Source of the DNA: Amoebidium appalachense
Lineage: Eukaryota; Protista; Ichthyosporea
Length of the DNA: 64,000 bases
Assembly: GCA_963693365.1 (NCBI GenBank)
Contig: CAVNZM010000001.1
Coordinates: 2,806,907 to 2,870,906, forward strand
Direction: 5' to 3'
Below, piece after piece: positions 1-18,519 of the stretch. The stretch's first letter is position 1. Each line of letters opens with the position of its first letter. The position numbers were made by a program, and so were the translations under genes. The notes under the pieces were generated by a model. That model searched no databases and was not told where the DNA came from. It saw only the letters and a program-made list of their open reading frames with translations.

Positions 1-1660
1 CATCGATAATAATGGTGGTTCAACTTGTTCTACTTTGACCAGAACTTAATGGTGTGTACTGTCATATTTCAACAAGCACATGTGAATCATACTTATATAC
101 CCCGAGTTCGTACACAGTTCAGGAATAGATGGTGTTGGAAACAAATTGCAACAGTGGCTTTCACTGCCCCACCTGCTTGGTTTCAACATCAAATAAATAC
201 GATCCATGAGACTCGGTGACTGTCTTTCCCAGTGTCTTACGTACTCGAACTTGGAGAATATAATTATAAGCGAGGCTAGATCTACTGTACTTGAACCTCG
301 GTGACATCGATATCAGTCTGTACGGTGACCATCGACTTGGGGAAAGAAGAAAAAAAATTATATCTCCCGGCCGGCCAAGGGCCCGAGCAGCCGTCACGTG
401 ATCTGCCTGGAGTCCACGCCGCGCGGAAGCAGGCGCATCATTCTGTTCACGTGCACTGGGCTGAGTCTAATAGCTAATATTGGAGCTCACTTTTTGGCCA
501 CACGAAACTCGTGTAATATGTCTAATTAGAAACCACTTCCGGTTTTTTGTTTTTTTGTTTTTCAAGTTGGGGGGGGGAGCCCGTGATCGGAGGGGGCCGG
601 GGGCCCAGGCCCCAGGGGTCGGGGCCAGCCTAGACTTCGCTGCATGGTGAAAACGGGGTGGGCCTAGCTGATCATGATCCGCCGTTGGGCCTGACGCCGT
701 ACAGTATTAGCTACTTTTTCCGTATATAAGTCTCAGTGATATCGAGCTATTTGAGCCTCGAGGCTCGGTGGTCGACACCCCAGGCATTGGAGGGAGTGTG
801 TTACATTAGTATTTGCACATAATCATTCATGAGTGCCACTGTCGCACTTATTAATATTAATTTAGGTACTCGTTGTACGTGGGTTCCTGGCGGGATGACC
901 GCCGGGATCCCGAGTCAGCTTCACCTGTAATAAAAGAATGCTGTTGAGGAATTTTTGCATCATCGGTGTGACCATGACAATCATGGCCGGACTGCCTGCC
1001 TGATCGACATCCATGTGCAGGCTGGCAATGCAGCATATATATACCCACAATCAGAGGCTTGAAAGATGTGTGGCAGTTTAAAGGGAAATGCAGTCATTGT
1101 AGCATCATAGAGTCATTTGAGCGCTATTTCCGCGCTGCATGCAAAGAAGTGCCTGCTGAGCCTAATAACTCAGACTTGAGTCAGTGTTGTACTCGGAATG
1201 TGTCCGAAATGCCTGGGTTAAATAACGGTAAACTAAAGATATACACAAGTTTGCGTCAATTTTTTTTTATAGAAGGATTACCCGGTAAATTTTCCAGACC
1301 GGTTTCAGTCGGTCGGACCCCTAGGATGAACCTCTAAAGAAGCCTAGGGGGGGACGATATAAACCCTATAAAACAATCTGCAAAATAAGGGTGCACACAA
1401 ATAACCCATATTGTTTGAGAAAACCTGGGCCTGAGATTACAGGAGACGTGTACATTTTCATCCGTATAGTTGGTACTTGAAAAAAAGAAAATTTAGGACG
1501 CCTCTTATTCGACCCCAGTGAATGGTGTCAGGGGGTTTTATCTGCCGTCAGAGGCTCAGGGCCCAAACAACGGCTGAAAACAAACAAACAAACACACACA
1601 AAAAAGAAGCCTTCAGTTCCCGTTTGTCTGGTTAGTGTGGGCCATTACACCCCCTTCGTC

Positions 1661-3364
1661 ATGGGGCGTCTTTTATTCATAGTGGGCACCCTTGCCCTTC
1701 TGTCCGCTGTACAAACTCTCGCCGCCCCTTATAATCGGGTGCCGTCATCACGCTACTCCCAAGTCGATGACGTCGATGTTGTTAGCGAGTCAGGCGACAA
1801 TTCCATACAAGTTTGCAGACGCTTGTGTATGTCCGAGGCACGCAAGTTGCGTAGTAGTGACCGTTTGACCTACAAGGGTGCAGCTGTAACACCAAGGCGT
1901 TTCTTTGCCCAGTGCTTGCAGAGTTGCATGGAAGATGTCATCTTTGACGAGGGCCACTATGACGACAGTGATGAGGGTGACTATGAAGATCCAGAAGGCG
2001 AGGAGGAAACTAGTGAGGAGGGTGAGGTTCGACCCCAAGCTCGAGGCTTAGGTTTGATTGCAGCCCCCCTTGAGGTGGGCTTGGGGCCTGTTGGGCTTAT
2101 AGGCGGCGCGGTTATCGGTGCAATTGCGAATATGGCTCGCCCCGAGAGGCCAGTTGAATATGGTAGCGGGGGTCTGGCGTGTTTGAGCTGTGCCCCTTCA
2201 CCCCCTCCTCCCCCTCCTCCCCCTCCTCCCCCGAGCCCCTTCGCTTATCTTTCTCCCGAGCAAGTATCAGATATTATAAATGGCGACGGCTACGTGCCCG
2301 ATTTTGAGGAAGGGGAGAACAATGTCGGCCCCACAGACCCTTCTCATGGGCAGAACAGTGGTAATCCGGATGGAACGGATGGCTCCGACACGGCGGCAGG
2401 TACGGGATCAACGGGTGGCACATCAGAACATACGGGAGAGCCAACATCGCATACGGAGAACGGAGCATCAAGCGAGAGCGAAAATAGCGCACAAAGCGGG
2501 ACACACAGTGATGCGGCCGTAGGCGGGGCAACCCACGGCAGTACGGCAACTGCAGGTGCAGGTCACGTGACCTATGGTGGCGGGTCGTCAGGTGGCAACA
2601 CGGAACATGTTGACGAGCAGTCGACACAGAGCACTGCCCACAAACCTAGCGAGAGCGAAAATAGTGCACAAACCGACCCACAACATGGGGTGGGGGAGGA
2701 CACACACAGCAACACGGGAGGACCTGGTACGGGCACAACGTCAGCCACGGGTGGCGCGGGATCATCAGGCAGCAACCCGGAACTTTTGGAAGGCCAAGCG
2801 GATCATGTGCAGCCGACACACCCTGGCGCACCAAGTGAGAGGGAAAACAAACCCACACACAGCAATGACGCTAATTCGGGTGGGCAGTCGACAAAACCAA
2901 CTTTAGGAAACACTGCGGCGGGTGGCGGTGGGGGAGATCCGGGGGCAGGAGGGAGCGGCACAGGTGTTGGTGGAAACAATAATGGCGGTGGTGGGGGTAG
3001 TGCTGGTGGTAGCACAGGAACAGGTGGGGTGGTGCCGCCAGTACCAGCAGGGGGGTCCGATGGGGAGCATCGTAATAAGTGGGCTTGGCAGACCCTGGAC
3101 CCGAGTGGAAAGAGATACGTGATGGGAGAGAGAGCATATCAGCCTCCCGTACTGGTCGATCCCATAGAGTATGCGAATGGTGGTCCAGGTGCAAGAGGTA
3201 GTGCGTACGGCTATAAATATGGCGGTGGGCAGAGGAGAGAGTGGATGAAGAGGAGGGTAGAGGATGAGGGTTATGGTAGGCGTAGGGTGGGAAAGCCAAG
3301 GTTTCGCCATGCACCTCAGAGAAAGGGGTGGGGTCGGGTTGATTATTCCGATAACGAGTATTAG
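1661..3364 (+). CDS. Intronless secreted low-complexity (Gly/Ser/Thr/Pro-rich) protein, ~567 aa, function unknown
   Basis: Uninterrupted ORF. The first ATG is at 1661 (the track start at 1637 is GTG). It opens with a signal-peptide-like stretch MGRLLFIVGTLALLSAVQTLA, followed by Cys pairs (CRRLC, CLQSC, CLSC), an acidic patch, poly-Pro, an internally duplicated SESENSAQ unit (~2470 and ~2648), a Gly-rich region and a basic/aromatic C-terminus. Stop TAG at 3362-3364. Confidence 0.85.
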   Translation: MGRLLFIVGTLALLSAVQTLAAPYNRVPSSRYSQVDDVDVVSESGDNSIQVCRRLCMSEARKLRSSDRLTYKGAAVTPRRFFAQCLQSCMEDVIFDEGHYDDSDEGDYEDPEGEEETSEEGEVRPQARGLGLIAAPLEVGLGPVGLIGGAVIGAIANMARPERPVEYGSGGLACLSCAPSPPPPPPPPPPPSPFAYLSPEQVSDIINGDGYVPDFEEGENNVGPTDPSHGQNSGNPDGTDGSDTAAGTGSTGGTSEHTGEPTSHTENGASSESENSAQSGTHSDAAVGGATHGSTATAGAGHVTYGGGSSGGNTEHVDEQSTQSTAHKPSESENSAQTDPQHGVGEDTHSNTGGPGTGTTSATGGAGSSGSNPELLEGQADHVQPTHPGAPSERENKPTHSNDANSGGQSTKPTLGNTAAGGGGGDPGAGGSGTGVGGNNNGGGGGSAGGSTGTGGVVPPVPAGGSDGEHRNKWAWQTLDPSGKRYVMGERAYQPPVLVDPIEYANGGPGARGSAYGYKYGGGQRREWMKRRVEDEGYGRRRVGKPRFRHAPQRKGWGRVDYSDNEY

Positions 3365-4238
3365 ACGTCGCTGTTGGAAGTTATATGACATATCATACAG
3401 CATATGTCATGCTTGGGTCGGTTTTCTCTTCGCCCCTTAAATGTTTGTTGCAAGGGTCGCTACGACTGTGCATGGTGGGTTGGATCCAAAAGTCTCGCCA
3501 ACTTCTTATTCTGTCTTGGAATTTCGGTAAAAGTTTCACCCTTAGTCCATCGGTTTTGTTTTTTACCGAACAATGCCTGAGATGTGTAAGTGTGGTTGTA
3601 AGGATCTAAAGAGCCGGTCCGGAAGGTTTGCGTGTAAAGGCAGAAATTTTAAATGTACGAGTGGGTGTCGAATATCAAATGTAGTACGCGGACGTTATTG
3701 TGAGTTGTGCGGCATTGTGTGATATAGTGTGTAAAGATTCCCATGCCACATGTGTTCTCACTGAGTGTGGGATCTGAACAAGTAAAATATTGATTACCAG
3801 CACACCATTCAAAAAGTGTTGCTCATTTTATTACTCAGTACAAAGCATCCTTGCCTTACCCCCCTTCCCCTCCCCCTCCCTCCCTTTCTATTAGCAATGA
3901 TATCGATAGATAATCCCCACACTAGTAGCTCAGTCTGGCATCCTCAGCTGGCCCTCCCCCTCATCCCCACCTCTTGTTTCAAATTGTGTGTGTGTGTGTG
4001 TGCGACACGGCATATCAAACTTTGTATGTGTGTGAAAACATGTGCATGGATCTGCGACTAAATGATTCTCGTAGGACTGTATGTGTGGGCAGTGCGTGTA
4101 AGTGGCTGTGTGTCTTGTGTAGGTGTTTGTCCTACGGGGTCACATGTGTGTGATGGTAGTGTGCACGTGTCACACACGGTACATAAAGGTGTGTGTGTGT
4201 GCATGTCACATGTGTGTGTGTCACGTTTGCAGTGTTTT

Positions 4239-4312
<74 letters not shown>

Positions 4313-4639
4313 TGTGTGCGTGTGTGTGTGTGTGTTATGGCTTGTGTTGTGTGTTTGTGTCTGTGTGTGTGTACCAAATCAAGTGCTCCTGCTGCCGCTG
4401 CGTGTATGCGCGTGCGTGTGAAATTGTGTAATTAGTTGCAAGTTTCACAGAGCGCATGTGTTTGTGTGCCGGGTGTGGACGCGTGTGCACGTGTGTGTGC
4501 CACAGTGTTTTTGTGTGCATGTGTGTGTGTGCCGGCATGTGTGTGTGTGTGTATCCTTGCACGGTTCAAGTGCACGGTGCGTGTATGATGTACTGTACCG
4601 TAAGTTGTGTAAGGTGCATGTGCGTACGGTAGGCTGTGC

Positions 4640-9088
<4,449 letters not shown>

Positions 9089-9879
9089 CTAATTAGTGAA
9101 AGATAATTTTTTTTTTTGCCGTAGGGTACTGAATACAGTAGGCCCAGCAGCTGTAGTTGTGGGCTAGCGCTGTCACCACAAAGTTTATGCAGTGTTTGTT
9201 TTTTGTCACACAGGCACGTATCTCCCTAGAGCATGCTTTTTCAAGTACCTGGTCAAGGGTTTTTCCGAGTCCGAACTCAGATTCTCAGAATGAGCTTCAT
9301 AGGCTACATCATACGCGTGCATGGGCGTAGCCTACGTAGACCTATCGAGAGCATCGATAACAAGTAATAGCAATATATAGCGTTGTTACATGCCTAGTAT
9401 TTACTACCGTGCGAGTGAACGTCAACTCAGATACAAAGAACCTAGCCTTGATATCCCAAACGCACATGTACGATACGTATTAGGATATGTGCATGCTACC
9501 GCAATTACTATACTTAAAATAGAAATGATTATCAACGTGTCACACATGTACATATGCATGTTGTGTAAGAACAGTTGGGGATGTTCCCATTCCCGAATCG
9601 ACAGTGGGCCCACACCAGGAGGAGGCTCTGGTCCAGCATCCCCGGGCCGCCGGGTCGGCGACAACAAAAGGGTTTACGGAGATACTCGCCAGTGTCGTCA
9701 CCGGCTGCAATGTGTGGCTTTCTATTTTGTCTCAAGCTCATAGCATTCAAAAAATTCTCTGCTAGAAAATGGTTTAACTCTGTGCTCCTTGCCCACAATA
9801 TCTATAGTTACGTTGAGAGCACTTGATCAAGACGCGTCTCCATCACCAGCCTGCGGAGATGACAATCATGACATAAATT

Positions 9880-10015
9880 TTTGATCCAATATAGTAAGTA
9901 TCTATTGGTTTGATGTCACGGAAGAGAGCAGGTACAAGAGCGAACCCAATCAGTAAGGTTTAAAAATAACCAATTGGTTTGTTTATTTCCTTCTGTTTAC
10001 ATTTGTGATTGGTTG
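9880..10015 (+). promoter_or_regulatory. Cluster of CCAAT (NF-Y type) boxes upstream of the gene starting at 10343
   Basis: CCAAT/ATTGG at 9886, 9904, 9946, 9970 (CCAATTGG) and 10008, about 330-460 bp upstream of the ATG. Confidence 0.5.
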
Positions 10016-10342
10016 GCAGAACGCTGAAAAATGGAGAAATTCCAAAAGGAACCACTAGAAATGCCTTTGAGCACATTCCATCTATTTCTGGCTATTTTCC
10101 CGGGAATATGGCGGCAATAGTTACATACTAATAATCTCCCATGCTTTGCTTTTTCTGGTCGCCCTCTCGCAACCAGATTTTCATGATCTGAACAGTAGTG
10201 CCACGGCGTGTTACTTCAGGTTTTCCCCTCTGTGAGACACCTCGTTCTCAAAATCATCTTACTCTTTCAACCCCCTGCGTGCCTTCCTCAGAGCTAAAAC
10301 ACAGCACCAATAAATAGCCCAGTATCGTTTTTATTAGCAACC

Positions 10343-11300
10343 ATGCCTCCCCCACCCCCACCCCCACCCCCACCCCCACCCCTACCTCCACCCATGATGA
10401 ACAGCCCACACGCTAGTAATCGCATGCAAGCTGCTGCCAACAAAATGCTGCACCCAAACAAGGTTGCTCCTGTGGGGTTTAAAAAACCTTCTTCGTCCTT
10501 GGCACCCTCTCGCACAGAAGCAGCACCTCCCTCTCCCCACAGTCCGGGTAAGTGCTGTGTGTGTGCCAGACGTGTCGTTGTATTTTTTTCCCCCTCTATC
10601 TTCTGCGTTTGGGAGAAAAAAAAGTAAATATAACAATAAAGGAAAATATGGAGGTGCTTTTGTGCATCGGCATTCATTCTTGTGTGCAAGTTTTCTCGCT
10701 CTTACCAACCCATAATAATCAAACATCCACGGCACCGAGTTGAACGGTTGAAGCTCTACTTTGTTGAACGCAGCGGCGTCGTTTTGTCCTGCCACTGTGT
10801 TGAACATGTGTACACCTGCGCCGTTTATTTCTAGTAGCTCGAGCGCATGTGTGTGCGTACGTGCATGTGCTTACCTTCCATATAAAAGAGCAAAACACGG
10901 ACTCGTAAATTGTCTACCTGTACCTGCTTGCGCCTCTTTGTGTGCTGGTGTTCGATGAATTTGTGGGTTGTGTGCTTTGTGGTTTTTGTGGTTTCCACGC
11001 CGTTTCAGCACTTTCTGTGCCCGTAGATGAACCTGAGTGCGTACTGATATTCCATACATGCTTGTGTTTCTGTGCCGTGCTAGTGTTCTTATTTTTTGTT
11101 TTCCTGGTCTTCCCTGCACAGCAGCAACTCTAGGTTAGCACTTTGCATTGAGAGTTGTACGTGGGTCCGATGTGCTTGTTTGTGCATGAGTCATGTAACA
11201 GGGACATGCTCTTTGATAAGATAACTCTTTTTTATGTTTTGAAGGTTATGGATGGGCGTACAGCTTATTGCTGGCTGTGTCGAGTACTGCCGAGTGCTCC

Positions 11301-11340
<40 letters not shown>

Positions 11341-11602
11341 GTGTGCGTGCGTGTGTGTGTGTGTGTGTGTCTGTGTCTGTGTGTGTTGTGTGTGTGTGTG
11401 TGTGTGTGCGTGTGCGCGTGTGTGTATGTTTGGGGGGGGGGGGGAGGGAGGGGGAGTGGAGGCGGGGAAAAGGGACAGAAACAAGAGGGAGCAGGAGGGA
11501 GGCGAGTTACAAGTATAAGGCCCGAGTGTCAACCCCTTCTTCCACCTCCCCTTCCTCCCCGCCTTTCAAACTGCTCCCCTCACTTGTGGTCTTTCTGCAA
11601 CG

Positions 11603-11637
<35 letters not shown>

Positions 11638-11860
11638 CCACTCGGGCGCTCTCTGTATTTTTGGATGTCTAGGAACCTACCCTGTTCATGGGCTATGCTT
11701 GATTATGTCTTTAATCTGCATAGTTCTCTTGTTGACTGTAGGTTATGTGATGAGTTTTCGTGTTGTGTCCGCTGCTTTGCTGTCTTTTTCAAATTCTCCA
11801 CCCTCCGATGCATACTTACCCTCCCCCCCCCCCCCCCCCCCCCCCCTCCCCTCCCCCCCC

Positions 11861-11896
<36 letters not shown>

Positions 11897-13388
11897 GGGT
11901 GGGGCACTCCTTTTAACCAACTGTTTCTTTCGTCCTTTTGCTCTGTCGCGTCCCGCCATATTATTTCAAGCCTGTTGCCTCTATTACACTTTAGCCCGGG
12001 AGTCCGATCACGGACATTTTAGTTTGCTTGGCAAACTGATACACGATTGTGCTCGGCTTGTGTTTGCATGCTCCCTGTGTGTGCATGTCAGCATAACGGT
12101 TCGATATTTTGACCTTACAATCCATACCGCCCACTGCTGTCTACCCCCCCCCCCCCCCATCTCCATTCACCCTATCACCTTTCCCCTAACAACCAACCCC
12201 CCTCCCCCCTCCCCCCTCCCCCCTCCCCCCCCTTCCTCCCTTTGAACCACCCCCCAACTCCCTATGTACTCTGCAGGGCTGCACGACAGCATGTACAACT
12301 CTGTGATGGCAGCGCTTGCAAAACGAAAAGAAGACATGAGCCCCACAAATTCAGACGGAGAGGACAGTGGGGACGGGGGTTGGTCAGACGACGAAACACC
12401 GAAACAGACGATAACACGCTCTAAGACAATGTCCACGCAGGGGAGCAAACCTATGATAGCACCAAAACCTGGTCACAAGTCTTATTCCGGCACGTCTTTG
12501 GTGCAGAACAATAGCGATATGGCTGTGCTTAAACAAGGTGCTCTTAACCGCGCCGGCACCATATCGAAACTAAACAGTCTTTTTGGTGGCCCACCGGTTA
12601 AAACCGCGCCGCCTCCCGCTACGGCGGATCGGGTGGCGAGCGGGGCTGGAGGGGACGTGAATGATAGCGGTGAAGTGGGCATTGATGCTGGGAGCAAGGC
12701 ACGTGCAATGGCTGTGCTCGAGAAGTTTCTGGGTGGGAGGGTGGCAGGCGGCCCCCCAGAGCCATGGGAGGTGAGCACTGGTAGTTACGTGATTGGGAAT
12801 GTTCGGGATGGCTATACGGATTGGTGTGGTGGTGTGTGTGTGAAGGCTTTTGATTGGCAGAAACGGTGTGTTTTGCATGGGATTGTGTGTGAAATGGGGG
12901 GGAGGGTGGGGGAGGGGGGTGGGGGGAGGGGGGAAAGGGGGGGGAGGGATCATTGCAAAGGGATTTGTGTGAGCGGGGGAGCGCACATTATTGGAAAGGC
13001 GAATATTGTGAGGAAGAGTGTTTGGACTGTATGACCGGATGGGAAGATAGGAGGTGGGAGCTGCACGGGGCGTGGTGTGTGTGTGGGGGGGGAAGGGAGG
13101 GGGGGGGGGCGGGGGGAGGGGGGGGGGGGGAGGGGGGGGAAGGCAGGGTGGCCTGGGAGACATTTGGCAGCAGCCAGGCGGGGAAGGCAGGTGGTGGTGG
13201 CTTATTGGGTCTGTGATGGTATGTGTGGTGCACGGTAGGGGCGGGAGCATATGGATATGTTTGTCTGTGCATTTTTCTTTTTCTTCTTTTTCTTCTTCTT
13301 TCTTCTTCTTTTTTTTTTTTTTTTTTTTGGGGGGGGGGGGGGGGGGAGGGGGGCTGGGGAAAAGAGGAGAGAGCGGGGGGAGGGCGGA

Positions 13389-13432
<44 letters not shown>

Positions 13433-13649
13433 CTGGGTGCCATGGCTGGCCACTCACACCCACCTTGTTATTCAGACACAGGACTCTCACGATGAATCAG
13501 GGGAGGACACCAGCCCATCCCCTTCTGAGGACCAGATGAGCCACACAGACGTGCAGAGCACAATGTCTGAGCCGGCACGGATAGTCGACCAACCCTCAAC
13601 GTCAAGCACCGCACTAAATGCACGCCCGTATGAACACCATCACACCCCC

Positions 13650-13680
<31 letters not shown>

Positions 13681-13695
13681 ACACACCTCTTTTCT

Positions 13696-13732
<37 letters not shown>

Positions 13733-13940
13733 CCCCCCCCCCCCCCCCCCCCCCCCCGGGCCATCCCCCAAACACACGGAAAAACCAGAACTGGTCAATG
13801 CCTAAATCCCCCACCCACACCGGGGCATTGTGATGAGTTGTGTGTATTTTGCTTGGTGTCTGAAGGATTATTGTTGCACTGATCTCTTGATTGCATGATA
13901 TCCGTCACAAAAACCAATATCGTGCCCAGTAGTGTATGCT

Positions 13941-13973
<33 letters not shown>

Positions 13974-14020
13974 CCACCACTATCTTTCCTCCATAGAACA
14001 CAAGCGAGCGCGCACGTACG

Positions 14021-14058
<38 letters not shown>

Positions 14059-15125
14059 AACACAAACACAAACACGCACACACACAAACACAAACACAAA
14101 CACAAACACAAACACAAACACACATGCACACTCATCACTCACTCACTCACATTCACACAACACCCGCTCACCCACACTGGCCCCCTCCCCCCCCCTCCCC
14201 CCCCCCCCACGAAATGCACTCACTCACACACACACACCCCTTTCCCCGTCACCCCTGCCTCCCCCCTCCCCCAATCCCCCGCTCATGCCTACCCACCCAC
14301 CACCACCACCACACACACCACTTCTTCCCCATACACACACTGCTTCCCCCCCCCCCCCCCCCTCCTCCCCCTCTTCCCCCTGCCACCCACACACACAGGA
14401 CATCCATCAGTGAACAGACACCAGCGGCCAGCCAGACACACGTGCGCAGGTCCAGCAGTGTGGGTGCACTGGTGGACAGTGCTGTGGGTGCACTGCAGGC
14501 CGAGGAGGCCAAGAGCATTAATTCTGGTTCCACGGCCTTCTATGCACCCCTTGCAAAGAGAGAGGTGCGTGTGTGCGTGGGTGGGGAGTGGGGGCGGGGA
14601 GGGGGAGGGGAGGGGAGGGAGGAAGGAAGGGGCAGGGTGGGAGGTGGGTGGGTGGGGGGGTAAGGAGTGCTGTTTGTGTGTAAGTGTGTGTGTGTTTGTG
14701 AATGTGTGCGTGCCTGTGTGTGTGTGTGTGTAGGTTTGCTGGAGGGATATTACTCTGGGAAGGTCAGATGTATTTTCGTTACCTTCTGAAACGGCGGAGG
14801 GGTTGAGTGGAAGAGGAGTGACGGGGGAAGGGGGGAGCGGGAGGGGAGGGGGGAGGGGGAAGGGGGGGGGGGGGGGGAGGGGGGGGGGGGGGGGAGGGGG
14901 GGAAGGACGTATAATCTAACGAGAGTAAGTGGTTTGTGTGCGTGAATTTTTGGCGTGCTTGTATGTGGCTTTGGTCTTTATTTTATCTCCCCCCCCAACC
15001 ACCCCCCTCCCCCCCTTTAAGTTCCAGGTATACTAGAACCCAAACTCACTCGGACCGACACCCATCTGCACACACACACAGGCACACACACGCAAGTGCA
15101 CACACACACACACGAGCACACACAC

Positions 15126-15170
<45 letters not shown>

Positions 15171-15827
15171 CCCCCACCCGGCCGTCGTGTTCTTAAGCGG
15201 TGGCGTAGGTCACTAATTCTTGAGGAGAAGATCCAACCGTACCCAACCATCCACCACACAAAACTGTTCCCTTCTTCAAAGAAAATGACCTCCACATACA
15301 AGGCAGCACAGGCTGTCCTGGTTAGCAGCCCCCCCCCTCCCTGAGGATGGGCTCTGCTTATGAGCCATAATGTGCGCATTGCTGATGTTGCATACTTGAA
15401 TGTTTGCCTTTTCATGTGTCCTGCACCACGCTTCTCATCGTGTATGTGTACCTCGTGCCGTATTTGGCATTCAACCCCCCCCCCCCCCCCCCCCCCCCCC
15501 TAAGGTGGAGGAAAAAGGCACACCTGCCCCACCCTGTGTACAAAGTTCTCAGCGTTTCGACCTCATCCTCCCCTCTCCCCCCTCCCCCTCCCTTGCCCTT
15601 CCTCCTCCCCCTCTGCCCTTTGAAAACACCCACCGGCATTACATTGCAAGATAATCCATAGCCACCCAGTCGCCATAGCTCTGGTGTGCATGTTGATGCA
15701 TCTCCTTCCCTCTTCCCCCCACCCCCACCCCCCCCTCTCCCCCCTTTCCCATGTCCACACACCTGTGCGTCCACGCACGCGCAAACACACACACACACAC
15801 TACACACACGCACATGCATACACACAT

Positions 15828-15872
<45 letters not shown>

Positions 15873-15927
15873 CACATGCACACACACACACACACTCACA
15901 CACATACACATGCACGCAAGTGCGCGT

Positions 15928-15999
<72 letters not shown>

Positions 16000-17672
16000 A
16001 AGGCACTCAAAGCATCCCACAGAAACCTGTACACACACAGGCACAAAACAAACACACATGCACAAACACATGAACAGTAGCACGTACAAAACACATGCGC
16101 ACATGTGAGGGCAAAAGCACCCCACACACAAGCTCACACACAGGCACTACACGTGTATGGTCATGCACTCACACACGGGATGCACGCACACACACGCACA
16201 CACACACACACACACACACACGTGCACTCTCACACAGAAACACACGCACAAACACCATGTGCTGTGGTCTTGGGTGCCAGACAAAACTAATGGGGGGAGA
16301 GGCGGGAGCGGGGAGTGGAGGGGGGGGGGAAGTGGAATACATGTGCGTTCTTTTTTCATAGCAGGAACGTAAGGGGGTGACAGATCAGAGATCTGGGAAA
16401 CCGGTGGGTGATTATTTTGGTTATTTGGAAGGGATATGTAGTGGATGCGGGAAGAAAGCAGCATGTGTGTGATATTTTCAATAGACGATTGGGAGGTGGG
16501 GAAGGGAAAGGACATTGGGGGCGGAGAAAGGGGGGGGGGGGGGGGGGGGGGGAGATATGTATAGCCATTGCAAGACAAAAGTGTTGATTAAAGGAACCAA
16601 GGTGTTGGGTTCCTAACTGTTGTCGTCTCAAACTTGCAGTCGAAAACGAGAGAAGACGCGCAGAGACGGTGGGAGCTTGGAGATAAAGCGCTGTTGAAAA
16701 CGGGAGACATTGAGTTTGGAAGATTGGAGAAGGAATGCAGAAAAGATAAGGAGGCGAGAATGTCAGTGCTGAGAAAGGATCAGTCGGCAAGGAAGAAGAA
16801 GGCAAAGAAGGATAGGAATGTCGATATGTTTGCTCTGGAGGCAGAATTTGCTGCGGAGGTAAATGGTGGGGGTGGGTGGGTGGTGGGGGGGTTGGGGGGG
16901 GGGGGGGGGGGGGAGGAGAGGGGGGGGAGGGGGGGGGGGGTGGATGGGTGGATGGGTGTTGTGGGGGGGGGGGGGGGGGGGGGGAGGGGGGGGGGGGGGG
17001 GGGTGAAAGGGTGAAAGGTAGGTGGGTGGGTGGGTGGGCGGGTGAAAGGGTGGGTGGGTGGGTGGGTGGGTGGGCGGGTGGTTTGTGTGTGGGTAGGGGA
17101 AAGGGTGGATGGATGGGTGTGTGTGTGGGGGGGGGGGGGGGGGGGGGGGGAGGGGGGTGATTTCTCTTTCGCGCATTCGCGTGCAGGCGCACACAAACCA
17201 CACACACGCGCGCGCGTTCGTGCATATACACACACTTGCATGCACACACACCACATACAGACACGCATACACGCCCTAGGCGCACAAACACATACACGCA
17301 CACACACATACTTGCATGCACACACGCACGCACGCATGCGCACCCCACCACCACCATCATCCTCCTACGATGCACATGAGCACACATATTCCTTGTCTGG
17401 CTCCCTCTTTCTCCCCTGTTCTCACCCGTTCTTTCACCACCCTCCCCCGCCTTCCCCCCTGGCGCCTTCCCCCCCGGCCTCTCCCCCCCCCCCCCCCTCC
17501 CCCTCGCCCGCCCGCCCTTTAGAAAATCGAAAATCTGGAAACCAATCTTGCATATCTGATGCCCTGTACAGTAAGCCTGTCTTGTTGTACTGTCCCCCCC
17601 CTCCCCCCCCCCCCCCCCCCCCCCCAAACACACACACACACATACACACACACGCGTGCCCGCATAGCTTAT

Positions 17673-17727
<55 letters not shown>

Positions 17728-17890
17728 TTGCCCCGTCTTCTTATGATGCATACTCTCCATTTCTGCTTTGCATCCTACCTTGTGTTGTCCGTTGTAGATG
17801 TGTTCTTCATACTCTCATTCAAACCACCACCACGTCCCCTCTCCGCTTCTACGTGCAGCTTATTTCTAACATGCACCTATTCCCCCTCTT

Positions 17891-17921
<31 letters not shown>

Positions 17922-18309
17922 CCCCGCCCCCCTCTCCCCCCTTTCCCCCCCTCCAGCAAGCCAACTTTCTGACAGATATGATGGCCGGGTTTGATGCCAG
18001 ACTCAACACGTGGGAGGCAGGGCTGCTGCAGCAGAGATCAGCCCTGATGGCTAGAATCTACAGAGACCTCTATGCTCTGGAGATAGACGTGCTGGCTAAG
18101 ACGTGCCAGGTACAAGCATGATTGCAAGGGCATGCACGTGCATGGACAGACGACCCAGGCACAGCCAAACGGATGCATATACAAGGACACGCATGCGCAC
18201 ACACATTGATGTATATCTTGGTGCTGGTGGCTGTGCAGAGTGTGTGCGTGCATGTACGTGTGTACGTGTGTGTGTGTGCGTGTGCCCATGTGCCCATGTA
18301 TGTGTTTGT

Positions 18310-18343
<34 letters not shown>

Positions 18344-18486
18344 GGGGCTGAGCACGCGCACCGTGCGGGTGGGTAGGCGGATGTGCATGCCTTCATGCAT
18401 GCATGTGTGTGTGTGTGTGTGTTTGTGTGTGTGTGTATGTGTGGTGTTCTGTGTGTGTACTGTTTTGTTTTTAATTTCTGTGTGTA

Positions 18487-18519
<33 letters not shown>

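Noticed and set aside
1-400. Degenerate coding fragment on the minus strand
   Set aside because: Stops in all frames and no recognisable motif.
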